Positions 24,824 to 37,472 of a stretch of 64,000 nt of DNA are shown piece after piece. Source of the stretch: Eledone cirrhosa (lineage: Eukaryota). The stretch spans positions 141,980,001-142,044,000 of the forward strand of contig OZ024742.1 in NCBI GenBank assembly GCA_964016885.1. The letters run 5' to 3'. The notes below the pieces were generated by a model. The model was not told the DNA's origin. It was given only the letters and a program-made list of their open reading frames with translations, and ran no database searches. The translations under genes were made by a program, and so were the position numbers. The first letter of the stretch is position 1, and each line of letters opens with the position of its first letter.

Positions 24824-25229
24824 GTATTTACACGCCAACACACTATTCATTGTACACATGAATTCTATAGATAATTCTGGAGATGTATTGTAGAATGTTT
24901 GTAGATTGTTGCAGCGCTGCATTAGATATAATCTATCACAGTAGCACGCTAGAGTCAATATCCGCTCATTGATTGGATAAAATCCGGAATCCAAGGTTTG
25001 CATCGTTGGCAAGAATTAGTCAACACGAGTGTTTTATATGAAAGTTTCATATGAGTGTTCTATATAAGTGTTCGATACTAGTTTTCTATATAATAGTTTG
25101 TTAAGAGAGTCTGATATGTAAGTTTAATTTGTTTTGATTTCCTTCAGGAGTGAAAAATCTAGCTTGTCTAGCCATTAGACATTGACAGTGAGGAACATGG
25201 GAAAAGTAGTCTATTTACTTAGATTGTCG

Positions 25230-25870
25230 GCACATATAACCCACCTGACATATCGACAGGTCATGTTATTTACCTATTGGCTGTGTGAATTTCCTAATAG
25301 CGAAGTGACTTTCTTAGAAGCCATATGACTTATCTATTGATATGTAACATGGTTATAACCTGCGAGACTTGGTTACAGAACATATGACTAACCAACAGCC
25401 CATGTTATATGCCTACAGTCCTCGTGACTTGCCTACAGACTTAACTACAGCTCACGTGACTTGCCTACAGAACACGCAGCTACATGATTTGCGAATAGCC
25501 GAAGTGAGCTACAGCTCATGTGATTTGTCTACAATGCACGTAATTTGCCTAGTTTACATGATCTGGTTACAGCTAACGTGAGTTGGCTACTATCCATGTC
25601 ATCTAGTGCCCACGTCACTTACCTACAGTTCACGTCACTTACATCAGCCCAATTGACTTAGCTAAAACCCTTATGACTTGCCTACAACTCACGTGACTTG
25701 CACCCAGGCTATGTGACGTAGCTGCAGTTCATGTGACGCGCATACAGCCCACGTGATTTTCTAACAAACAAAATTACTTACAAACAGCTTGTGACGTCCC
25801 TATAGCATATGGCTTGCCTGTAGCTCAGGTCACCTGCCCACTAGAGTCAAAATTGACTTGTCTAAAGCCA
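25230..25870. repeat. Degenerate ~21-bp minisatellite, consensus near CTACAGCTCACGTGACTTGC
   Basis: Repeated acagctcacgtgacttgcct variants, for example at 25447, 25511, 25624, 25683 and 25744. Confidence 0.8.
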
Positions 25871-26884
25871 AGTCCATTCCCTAAAGTAATTTTTCATCAA
25901 GAAATTTAACAACGTGGGATATTCAAGGTTCATGCTAACTATAGAACATAAACGAATTATGAGCAAACATTTCATTTATCAAATTCCTTTAAATTCTGCT
26001 ATATACGAGCAAGCAAACGTAATAAGTCAAATTTCATCTCAATAACGCATTTAGATTTACTTTACTGTGCAACGTAGTGCAAGATGTAATCTCCGGATAA
26101 TGTAGTTTTAAGCCCCAGCTAAAGCTATGTCGCATTAATTATCCTGCCAATACTCTTAAGAAAGGTACGAACATCACTCTCTCGAATCCTTCTCATGAAA
26201 TTAGTGTTGTGTGTATATAAAGTCATACAAAAACCATTATATTTAAATGTACTATTGATTAATACATCAATCATTAAGTGATTATCGTGTAAATATAATG
26301 AATGCTTTTAGATGTCAGTGTAATAGTAACAAGCTAAAGTATGTTAAAATTATATCATCATTTTTTTTTTTTATTAGCGTGTAAATTCAGATACCTCAGT
26401 GTGTAATTTTATTTTCTGAATATTTCTCCCTTTTCCACGCTTGCTACAGGCGTATACTGTGGTAGATTTAATTACTATATAGAGAGGGAGATTTTTCTCA
26501 TATTTGTTCTAAGTCCTTTGCACCTCGTTTGAAAAAAAAAATTATAATGTGTTTGTTGATTTTTACTGCCTACTCTTTTATTGCAGGCAAATGTACTTTG
26601 TGAAATTTTAAACATTAGTTTTGCCTACATTATAAAAACCCAAGTAAAAGTAAGCCAATAACACTTCAATGATGAAACTGTGAAGGACTAGAAACGTTGA
26701 TTAAATTTTTAATTAGAATCTTTGTTGCTCTAAACGAGCAACAAATGACTTAAATATATCAAAAATTTAATAAAAAGTTAAAACACGGATATAGGTGTGT
26801 CTTTGATATCACATGGCTAACAGATAGGTTGTTCCCGATATATACGTATATTTGTATGTGTGTGTGTGTGTTTGAATTTGCATT

Positions 26885-27866
26885 AAATTGTAGGATTCTC
26901 AGCGTGATGGGTAGCTGTAAACAGCTGATTACTATATGTATAGTAAAAGGTCGGGTTAAGATATAACCATATATTAAAGGAGAGAAAGGAAGAGAGAGAG
27001 ACTAATGTATGAGATGAAAAATGAGACGGGTATAGAGAGAAAGAAGAGAAGAGGAAAAGAGAAAAGAAGGAATGAGATCGATGGAACAGAACTTTTGGAA
27101 AGTTGCGAAAAATAAATAAAAATTAACAGAGTAAGGATAATAAAAAATAAGGGAGTAAGGATGAAGAAAGTAAACTAACAAGAAATATAGAACTTTAGCG
27201 TCATATGACCTCACCCGCTTCCTTCTAGATCACATGGTTTCTCGCGGGAAAAAAAAGAAGGACCATTTATATAAATCTAGCCCTCGCAACAGAACCTAAA
27301 TTGCTGTTGGTCTGACGCAGGAATAGAGGAACAAGAGAACAGTAGGGCACGTCTATACCGAGCCATGGTCGACAGGAAAAGAGACTGTCTGATATTGTGA
27401 CGAAAGCAGCAGTATGCGACAAGAGAGCGGAAGTCTCAGCAACAGTGTAATAACATGGGAGAGGGGTGATAGAAGAAGACACAAAAATATATAGATAGCA
27501 AGGGAGAAAAAGAGAGACACAAATAGGCGTGAAGTCAGCGGAAGTAGTAGTAGCAGTGGTAGTAATATGGGAGAAGGGTGATAGAAATAGAGACAAAAAT
27601 AGATAGGAGGGGAGAGAAAGAGAGACAAAATAGGTAGACAGATAAAGACATAAAGAATTACATTCCCTGGCACCGTTATCCGTTCAATTTGGAAACCCAT
27701 CATGGCTCATATTGTTTATGTAAACATTAATTGAAAAGGTTTGAAGCGATGAGTGCATATGAATTTTCATAAAATTGTAGGATTCTCAGCGCGATGGGTA
27801 GCTGTAAACAGTTGATTACTATATGTATAGTAAAAAGTCGTCGGGTTAAAATATAACCACATATTG
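26885..27866. mobile_element. ~1-kb element bounded by ~90-bp direct repeats (LTR/pLTR-like, unclassified)
   Basis: 'aaattgtaggattctcagcgYgatgggtagctgtaaacagYtgattactatatgtatagtaaaa...cgggttaaRatataacca' at 26885-26975 and 27772-27866; strongly purine-skewed interior. Confidence 0.6.
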
Positions 27867-28344
27867 GGCAGAGGAACGGAGTTCAATCTAGTATTCAAAA
27901 TATTGGTGTCAGGCAGTGCAAACACTTTGTGGGTCACTGACTTATTGTGTGCATAGAGTTCAGAAGAAGATGTTTTTCTTATTCGAATTTTATATTCCCT
28001 GGTTACTTGTTCCTTGTTGCAAGTGAAATCATAAGATATATTTTAATCTACCTAAGTATCTGTAACAGTCCTCATCAGATACAGGTGAAACAGTCAGGTC
28101 ATTCATAGAAATGTTGCTAGATTGTAGTTTCTTCCCACTTTACAATATTTTAGGAACATTTATCCTGGCCGAACTCCATTCCCATATCTTTCGAGAACAT
28201 CGTAACCAGGTCAAGGTTTTTTTTTCATATAATTTATACACTTAGCATAAAGTTTCAGGTCTTCCACAAAGAAGTTATAGGTTAGATTTGTATTCATATC
28301 CAATTATGTATCCTTCATATTTCTTTACCATAAAAGACAAGGGA

Positions 28345-29525
28345 TATGTATGTTCTTCTGGTTTTATAATTTCACAAAGTTTTACCAATAGAGAGAGAGA
28401 GTCGGTTTCTAACATAGACACAAAACTCTCTCATTGGAATTTACACAACATCAACTAGGTAGATTATGTATGCATGTGTAGATATGGATGTTATTGTATG
28501 TGTGAATGTGGATGTTTTGAGTTGTATGTGTGCATGTGTATATGCTTTGTATCTGTACATGTGTATATGCAGTTATTAGATACAAAATTTTTGGAATGTT
28601 TTACATATTTTTACTGTTCCATTAATGTACTTGTAATTTCATAACTAGTTGTGTTCTTTCTGTTCCTGTGAAGCCTAGCTTCTCAAGATTTGTATTGAGG
28701 CAGTTACTAACATATCCCAGTGCCCCAATAATCACAAGCATAAATCTGAAGGTGTAATCAGGGTGGATATCTGCAGATTTCTCAACAGTTCTGCATAAAT
28801 ATTCTCTTTTTCGCTAATCTTTGATATTATATTGGCTTCTGCTTGGCAGCTAATTTCCACTACTGTGCATGCTTTCTTCTCCCTGTCCCATATCATAATA
28901 TCTGGTCTGTTATGCCTGCATTTTATTGGGCTTTTTACTGGAACATTCCACCAGTACTCTTTCATATTATGTACGTGGATGTCTTCCACATTGCTGTAGC
29001 TTTTAATGTGTTTATTATCGGGGCTATCTTTTCTACGGATTGCATTGTACAGTGTTTTGGCCACTGCATCATGCCTCATAGGTAGATAGTACCGCGATGA
29101 CATCTTTGGACAGCTGCTGATGACATGGGTAACATCTTCGATGTTAATTCTGCAGAGTCTGCACTTGATACCACATCTAGGTGTTTTGCCTGCATCCTTA
29201 TCTCTTTTGTGAATGAGGTATTACGTGTTAATCTCCTGTTCTTGGATTGCAAAAGCGTATCCTTCAAAGTGGGAGCCAATATAGCGGTTGTTGGTCCAAG
29301 ATAGACTACTTTGCTTATCTATATTACTCTCACTCTGGAGCCTCCTGGCAACATATCCATGCATGAATTTTTGCTGATAAGCATGTAGTTTTTCATCCAT
29401 GGATTCACTGCGATACTGCTGAGCGACTTCCCTGGGTGTGAGTTTTTGATTATCACACAGGGAATATCTCTCGAGGAGTTTCTTCCCAACTCTTATGATC
29501 TTATCTGTTTCATGCAGATAGACTT
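28345..29525 (-). mobile_element. 5'-truncated RLE-type non-LTR retrotransposon, family C, flanked by (CATA)n
   Basis: Minus-strand peptides FAIQEQEINT, C..CR...EDVTHVISSC, YYLPMRHDAVAK, HNRPDIMIWD..CTVVEISC..EKENIY. (TATG)n at both ends. Confidence 0.88.
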
Positions 29526-29689
29526 GTATGTATGTATGTATGTATGTATGCATGTATGCATGTATGTATGTATGTATGTATGTATGTATGTATGTATGTA
29601 TGTATGCATGTATGTATGTATGTATGTATGCATGTGTGTATGCATATGTGTATGAATATATATATGTGTATGTGTGCGCGCGGGTGTGA

Positions 29690-29895
29690 GTGAATGCGAA
29701 GCCGCGAAGTATAGGAGTTAGAACCTTCGGCTCGTGATCAGGCATTGCGTTAAGTCCTTGTCAGACACTTTGTCAAGCCGATTCTCCCCGAGGACTACGT
29801 TAAGTGTGCACGTATCTGTGGAATACTAAGTCGCTTGCATGTTGATCTCCATTGATCAAACAACTGGAGCACCCTCAGGGGTAAAAGAAAATCAA
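29690..29895 (+). mobile_element. SINE-like repeat of a second family (S2)
   Basis: Segment 'ttaagtgtgcacgtatctgtggaatactaagtc' recurs at ~10775-10805, ~45440-45475 and reverse-complemented at ~50485-50520 and in the 30-kb array. Confidence 0.55.
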
Positions 29896-29912
29896 CACAC
29901 ATGCATACAGAT

Positions 29913-29983
<71 letters not shown>

Positions 29984-29986
29984 CAC

Positions 29987-30031
<45 letters not shown>

Positions 30032-30084
30032 CATACATTCATACATACATACACACATACATACATATATATTGCATGTATATA

Positions 30085-30132
<48 letters not shown>

Positions 30133-30239
30133 ATATATTTATATTTATATATTATGTATGATATCTATCAACAGAACGGCCTGCTTATGATATTAAGGTG
30201 TAAGTGACTGAGCATTCCACACACACATATACCCATAAC

Positions 30240-30291
<52 letters not shown>

Positions 30292-30398
30292 ATATATTTA
30301 TATTTATATATTATGTATGATATCTATCAACAGAACGGCCTGCTTATGATATTAAGGTGTAAGTGACTGAGCATTCCACACACACATATACCCATAAC

Positions 30399-30450
<52 letters not shown>

Positions 30451-30557
30451 ATATATTTATATTTATATATTATGTATGATATCTATCAACAGAACGGCCT
30501 GCTTATGATATTAAGGTGTAAGTGACTGAGCATTCCACACACACATATACCCATAAC

Positions 30558-30603
<46 letters not shown>

Positions 30604-30710
30604 ATATATTTATATTTATATATTATGTATGATATCTATCAACAGAACGGCCTGCTTATGATATTAAGGTGTAAGTGACTGAGCATTCCACACACACATA
30701 TACCCATAAC

Positions 30711-30757
<47 letters not shown>

Positions 30758-30867
30758 TACATATATTTATATTTATATATTATGTATGATATCTATCAAC
30801 AGAACGGCCTGCTTATGATATTAAGGTGTAAGTGACTGAGCATTCCACACACACATATACCCATAAC

Positions 30868-30917
<50 letters not shown>

Positions 30918-31025
30918 ATATATTTATATTTATATATTATGTATGATATCGATCAACAGAACGGCCTGCTTATGATATTAAGGTGTAAGTGACTGAGCAT
31001 TCCACACACACATATACCCATAACT
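30085..31025. repeat. Young tandem array: 6 near-identical ~157-bp units, each with an internal (TG)n
   Basis: Unit marker 'tacatatatttatatttatatattatgtatgatatc...cccataact' at ~30129, 30288, 30447, 30600, 30757 and 30914. Confidence 0.95.
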
Positions 31026-31253
31026 AATTCTCAGGGAGATTGAATGTGACACAGTGTATGACAAGGTTGTTCCTCTGAATTACAGGCACAGTCTATCCTC
31101 CACGCTTCCAAACACTTGTCATCTGCTCAGTTTTACTCACACGGCATGAGCTGACTCAATTATGTGGTCAATGTCACTTGCCCAAGATGTCATGCCAGTG
31201 GGATCGAACCTGCGACCTAATGATTGCTACTAAAACCTCTTAGCGATCGGCTA

Positions 31254-31308
<55 letters not shown>

Positions 31309-31319
31309 TATACACACAC

Positions 31320-31545
31320 AAACATTCTGTCAACACTACAACAGAGGTCTAACGAGCTTTGGATTCCAGAGTCGGGCCAGATCGATACACTCGAACCTTG
31401 AGCTGATCAATAACGAAACGCGCGTCATCAACCAATAAACGTAATGAAGGCATAAACAATCGTCCTTGTATTATTATATTACACTGTCTAGCTCTACACC
31501 TCGCTACTGGGCGAACCTACAGTAACTTCGCATTACACTCCCTCT
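31320..31545 (+). mobile_element. Penelope-like pLTR remnant with degenerate minimal hammerhead motif
   Basis: ttgag-CTGATCA-ataac-GAAA-CGCGCG-TC-atcaa at ~31398-31430, followed by AATAAA. Sits between (TA)n/(CA)n arrays. Confidence 0.5.
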
Positions 31546-31598
31546 ATATATATATATATATATATATACTAATATATATATATATATATACTAATATA

Positions 31599-31679
<81 letters not shown>

Positions 31680-31686
31680 TAATATA

Positions 31687-31937
<251 letters not shown>

Positions 31938-31959
31938 TATATATATATATATGCTAATA

Positions 31960-32022
<63 letters not shown>

Positions 32023-32099
32023 GGAAAAAAATGAAACGAAATTTCATTTCTCACTCTTAGTACGGCTGTTACTTAAATATAAGTATGTATACGTATACA

Positions 32100-32143
<44 letters not shown>

Positions 32144-33475
32144 TAACATTTTTATTAGTTGGGAAATATATATCTGAATATCTATATCTATAAATTATTC
32201 ATAAAATGAGATCTGCTGGATTTGTACCTTTTACCATTTATCTTTGAAATTTCTTCAGTATACTTTGAAAATTTGCATATTTTACTTTAAGGAAGGAATT
32301 TATTTAAGAATGTATCTGTCTGCCTCTCTACCAGTCTACCTTTCTTTCCCTATCTCTTCTCCCCTGTCTCGCTCTCGATCAATCTCTATCTTTCTTTCTA
32401 TTTATCTATGTCGGTTTCTCTTTCTTTTTAGTGAAATATATTAGTGAAATATATTAACATCATTTTTCAGTATTCCTTAATGTTTAGGTGTTTTCCTTTT
32501 TTTTTTTTTTGGAAGGCATAACTAATAATTTCTTGGAGAAACTTACAAGTATGCCATAAAAATATATTCCCAATACACTTATTCAAAATTATATTTTCCT
32601 CAAGAACTATACCAAATTCATGCATTCATATAATATTTGTTTCATTTTGTTTATAGAAAAAATATAATTTTTACAATATGTTTATTACTAATCAATATTC
32701 TATTCCGTTTATATATTCCAAAATATACAATTTATGTTAGCATCTGAATTTGTATTTTTCATGTTTAATGAAAATAATATCTGGTAATAAATTTATTGTG
32801 TAATAAATTTATTGTTGGCATTAATGTTTTTCCAAAAATAAGAGTTAACCATTTGCTGATCCTGCAATTACAAACGTTCTGAAATAAGGTTAACAAAAAC
32901 CTGATAAGCAATCTCAATCTAGAATCTCTTTATATAATCCAGGTTTTAATAATCACAGTCTGAAAGTCAAGTGTGAGATCTAGTGAGCAGACCCGTTAGA
33001 ACATCAGAACAGGCTTTGCAGGATTCGTTTCGGCTCTCTGCGCTTTCAGTTCAAAACTCACCATAGTCAACTTTCCTTTCATCCTTTCAAGTTCGATAAC
33101 AAAATTACTAATCCAGTATTCTATATCTCTCTCTTATTCTCTCTCTCTCTCTCTCTCTCTCTCTGTCATACACATATACTCTCTCTATCTCTCTCTATCT
33201 CTCTCTTTCTCTCTCTCCTTCTCTAGAAGAAATCTGGTGTGTTTTATAATGCCTAAAGCAGGCCGCCGTATCTCACGACAACGCCGCTACGACTCCATCC
33301 GCAGTAGCTGCAGGTTAATAAACAAAATACCAAGTTAACTACACAGGCATAACTGCGTTGTTAAGGGGTTCATACCGGGCACATCGAGCACGTTTCTTCT
33401 ATTATAGCTTTGAGCTATAATAGAAGCAATTCCGTTTTAGTAAAATATGGTTAATAATAAATGTTAGGAAGTCAG

Positions 33476-33523
<48 letters not shown>

Positions 33524-33525
<2 letters not shown>

Positions 33526-33829
33526 CGGCGATGAATTAGTTTTGCGAGGTTTTTGATATGAAATCGTGTGTCGAAACAAATATTGTTATACTTGGGGAGG
33601 GTCATATTTGTGTAATATTGCCAGAATTAATAACAGAACACACTCACTGTTTGGTTGGTTTTCGCTTTTCGCTTCTGTGTCTTTTATATCGGTAATCTAA
33701 TTTATTAATTAGATTACCGATATAAAAGACACAGAAGCGAAAAGCGAAAACCAACCAAACAGTGAGTGTGTTCTGTTATTAATTCTGGCAATATTACACA
33801 AATATGACTCTCCCCAAGTATAACAATAT
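33524..33829. mobile_element. Asymmetric fold-back element, family P3-related; near-perfect ~250-bp palindrome (33580-33829)
   Basis: Arms ~123 bp with about 1 mismatch and a loop of a few nt centred near 33704. The left extension encodes [28 protein letters not shown] on the minus strand. Confidence 0.88.
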
Positions 33830-33875
33830 ATATATATATGAAAAAGAACACAAGAGCGTCTACAACATCAAAAGA

Positions 33876-33938
33876 TTTTTATTGGGGCTTACAATGTTTC
33901 TTCCTTACGTAACCGTAGGATTCGTCAGAGCTATAAAA
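33876..33938 (-). ncRNA. Mirror copy of the candidate hammerhead ribozyme
   Basis: Reverse complement of the 35525-35584 core (tcgtcag at 33922-33928; gcttacaatgtttc at 33887-33900). Confidence 0.65.
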
Positions 33939-35524
33939 GGGGTTTGATTGGTGTTATGGACTCTACCAACCAAACATTCAAGAACAAAGAGTAAAGAGAG
34001 TAAAGAGCAAAAGTATGGGACGATAAGTCTAATTTTGGTGCGGGAGGGTGGGGTGTGGGTCCTTGTTTACTAGCTGCGGTCATATTCATTCCCGGGAGTC
34101 GGGTGGTTAGCTGAACCATAGATGGGGTGGCGTCGATAGTATGGTGCAGAGGGTGCGCATAGGCTACACAAACACAAAGGGCATACAATATATATATATA
34201 TATATAACGGAGGAGAAAGTACATGAGGTAATTAGAAATGGAAAAAGAGTAATAATAATAATCTATAATTAATAGTGTATAATAAGGCATGGGGAAGATT
34301 ACACTATAATAAGGTATAAAAGTAGGAATATGGTAAAATATAAAGGAGGATAAAAGTGGAAATAATAAAGATAAAAAAATATATAGAGAATATATAAAGA
34401 AATATAAGCGAATATTTGGAGGGGAAAACACAATGTAAATAAAACGATTTTTTTCAAATAATAATAAAAATATAATAATTATGGGAGGAGAAAACGGGAT
34501 AGAGAAATATGATCAAGTGTGATTAGTTGAGAGAATATAAGATGATAATAGTTATGTCAAGGTTATACATCTTAATAATAAATAATCTGTGTAACAGTTA
34601 CGAAGACCAGAAAACCATACTCCATAATATTGAACCAAGTGATTGATTTGTGCGACCAAAATAACACCACACACATATTGAACTAGGAATATTGGATCCT
34701 CCGTCAATGTCCGGGTGAGCAAAAAAAGATTTCTATCTGCATTGGAATTTACGAACTTGTGCATCTGCTGTGGTGTCAAAAACAAACGCGAATGACCGCA
34801 CAGATAAACAATGGACCACGCCACGTGGCTTGAACCCGTAAGTGAATTGAAGGTTCTGCAACTCTGATACACAGATTATTTATTATTAAGATGTATAACC
34901 TTGACATAACTATTATCATCTTATATTCTCTCAACTAATCACACTTGATCATATTTCTCTATCCCTTTTTCTCCTCCCATAATTATTATATTTTTTATTA
35001 TTATTTGAAAAAATCGTTTTTTTTACATTGTGTTTTCCCCTCCAAATATTCGCTTATATTTCTTTATATATTCTCTATATATTTTTTTATCTTTATTATT
35101 TTCACTTTTATCCTCCTTTATATTTTACCATATTCCTACTTTTATACCTTATTATAGTGTAATCTCCCCCATGCCTTATTATACACTATTAATTATAGAT
35201 TATTATTATTACTCTTTTTCCATTTCTAATTACCTCATGTACTTTCTCCTCCGCTATATATATATATATATATATTGTATGTCCTTTGTGTTTGTGTAGC
35301 CTATGCGCATCCTCTGCACCCTACTATCGACACCACCCCATCTATGGTTCAGCTAACCACCCGACTCCCGGGAATGAATATGACCGCATCTAGTAAACAA
35401 GGACCCACACCCCACCCTCCCGCACCAAAATTAGACTTATCGTCCCCTACTTTTGCTCTTTACTCTCTTTACTCTTTGTTCTTGAATGTTTGGTTGGTAG
35501 AGTCCATAACACCAATCAAACCCC

Positions 35525-35584
35525 TTTTATAGCTCTGACGAATCCTACGGTTACGTAAGGAAGAAACATTGTAAGCCAATAAAA
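35525..35584 (+). ncRNA. Candidate minimal type I hammerhead ribozyme
   Basis: gct-CTGACGA(35535-41)-a.tcctacg gtta cgtaagga.a-GAAA(35563-66)-C att G-TA^agc. Stem I gct/agc plus ttttat/ataaaa; the 10.1-11.1 position is A-A (non-canonical). Confidence 0.65.
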
Positions 35585-35718
35585 ATCTTTTGATGTTGTA
35601 GACGCTCTTGTGTTCTTTTTCATATATACGGCTCTGCTCCAAAGTATAGAGCTAATTATTATGCTGCCAATACCTTAATGGGACACGGGTATACAATACC
35701 TAACTCCTATTAACCTAA

Positions 35719-35757
<39 letters not shown>

Positions 35758-35956
35758 TACAGTATCGTAAAAGAGGGTTGAAAGAGGAGGTTTTATACTT
35801 AACAACGTATATGTAATATGCATTCTGATGTTAAAGTATTATTTTACGCGAATAGGGTATTTAATTAAAAACGAGTCCCATTGGGCGAAACATATGTAAG
35901 AGCTTTATAAAGATATGTTTTAACGGCTTGTAACTCTTTCATTAATTATTTTTCAT

Positions 35957-36020
<64 letters not shown>

Positions 36021-36159
36021 GGGGGGGGGTGATAGGTGTATATATCCTAAATTTATCATAAACTTCCGATGCTACCACACTTCTCAATATATGTATATTC
36101 ATTAATTACCAACACAAGCGCTAACTATATGCAAATTAGTACATCCATTCCAGGATAAT

Positions 36160-36287
36160 AATTGTTTCTACTTTAGGCACAAGGCCAGCAATTATCCAGT
36201 GCATTACTGGTACTTTATTTTATCGACCCCGTAAGGATGAAAGGCAAAGTCAACCTCGGCGGGATTTGAACTCAGATCGTAAAGGGA
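36160..36287 (-). mobile_element. SINE S1, 5'-truncated
   Basis: Reverse complement of the S1 body including the B-box (ggatttgaactc). Confidence 0.85.
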
Positions 36288-36578
36288 TAATAATAAGTGT
36301 GAATATGTATCCATCAAATACATGTCTCCTTGTTGTTGATTGGATGATATACACCCCTTCTGAAGAGGGTCCAATTAGATCCAAAATCATTTTTTTTTTT
36401 TTTTTTTTGCAATATACAGAGAAATACGCATTTTCTGGCATGCTTATATATTTGATATGAGTATATATTTACACAGATTGGGCAATCTCAGTTACATACT
36501 GTATATATACAGATATAACTTCATCATACGATTCGGCTGCGAGCGGACATCTTCATATAATATATATATGCAGTATAC

Positions 36579-36648
<70 letters not shown>

Positions 36649-36730
36649 TTGTGTGTGTTGTATATATATATATATATATAAGATACAACCGGTCCTGGCA
36701 TTGATAAATATGCTGGGTCCGTCAACTCCT

Positions 36731-36794
<64 letters not shown>

Positions 36795-36801
<7 letters not shown>

Positions 36802-37472
36802 TTGTATTCCTGTCTGTTTATTAGTTTGTTTGTTCACGAACTGCTCCTATGGTTTTGGAGATAGACCCCATAACCATATATATTCTGAAACTACATTGCC
36901 CAGTGTACTTGGATAAGTATATTTCATTTTAATCAAAGGGTTCTCCGGGGGCACAAAACCCCCGCTGAAAAACCCTGCTGAAACTTTTTTCCCTTCGATT
37001 TATATGAAATTTAAGCCATAGGTAAATGATAAGATATGATGCCCATTCACAAAGTTTTGAATTGATATTTTGAAAAAAATTATTTACAAGAAACAAAATA
37101 AGAATAAGATTTAATAATGTAATTTTGATTTGATATATTACTAAAAATAATTGTTTCTACTTTAGGTACAAGGCCAGTAATTACCCAGTGCATTACTGGT
37201 ACTTTATTTTATCGACCCAGTAAGGATGAAAGGCAAAGTCTACCTCGGCGGGATTTGAACTTAGATCGTAAAGGGACGTAACTATGCTGGAAAGCATGGC
37301 ATCCGACCCTCTACCGATGCTGCCAATAATAATGTTTTCCGATTTTTCATGCATTACATTTTACATTGAAATGCAGAGTTTTTCTCCATAAATTATATCA
37401 CTGATTTAAAATCAGTCATCATTTTCTTACAAAAGAATGTGTGAAACGCAGGAAGGCGCGGGTAATTGGGCT
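36795..37472 (+). mobile_element. Probable non-autonomous Helitron, interrupted by a SINE
   Basis: Begins (TA)n-aagttgtattcctgtctgtttattagtttgtttg, a Helitron-type 5' microsatellite. Ends with a weak GC hairpin and ...gggcta abutting the next Helitron. Confidence 0.45.
37148..37326 (-). mobile_element. SINE S1
   Basis: Near full-length reverse-complement copy. Confidence 0.88.

Larger units (their letters stand above)
33832..35720. mobile_element. Large fold-back element (family P1): ~760-bp inverted arms (33832-~34593 / ~34869-35627), ~275-bp spacer, ~90-bp one-sided extension; Penelope-like pLTR derivative
   Basis: Arms are reverse complements with few mismatches, and mirror ORFs appear in the track. 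Each arm carries a hammerhead motif near its outer end; (TA)n flanks. Confidence 0.88.

Noticed and set aside
30085-31025. Regular repeat-spacer pattern resembling a CRISPR array
   Set aside because: The 'spacers' are just (TG)n, the units are ~157 bp, the context is eukaryotic and there are no cas genes.
33931-35532. Mirror hydrophobic ORFs (166 aa minus; 89 + 85 aa plus) resembling a membrane protein
   Set aside because: T-rich low-complexity pLTR sequence. The frame is broken between arms by a TA-length change and there are no recognisable motifs.
36355-36392. CTGAAGA-gggtc caatta gatcc-AAAA hammerhead-like half; similar weak motifs at ~21330 and ~26668
   Set aside because: GAAA is mutated and/or stems I/III are missing; at most decayed relics, not supportable individually.
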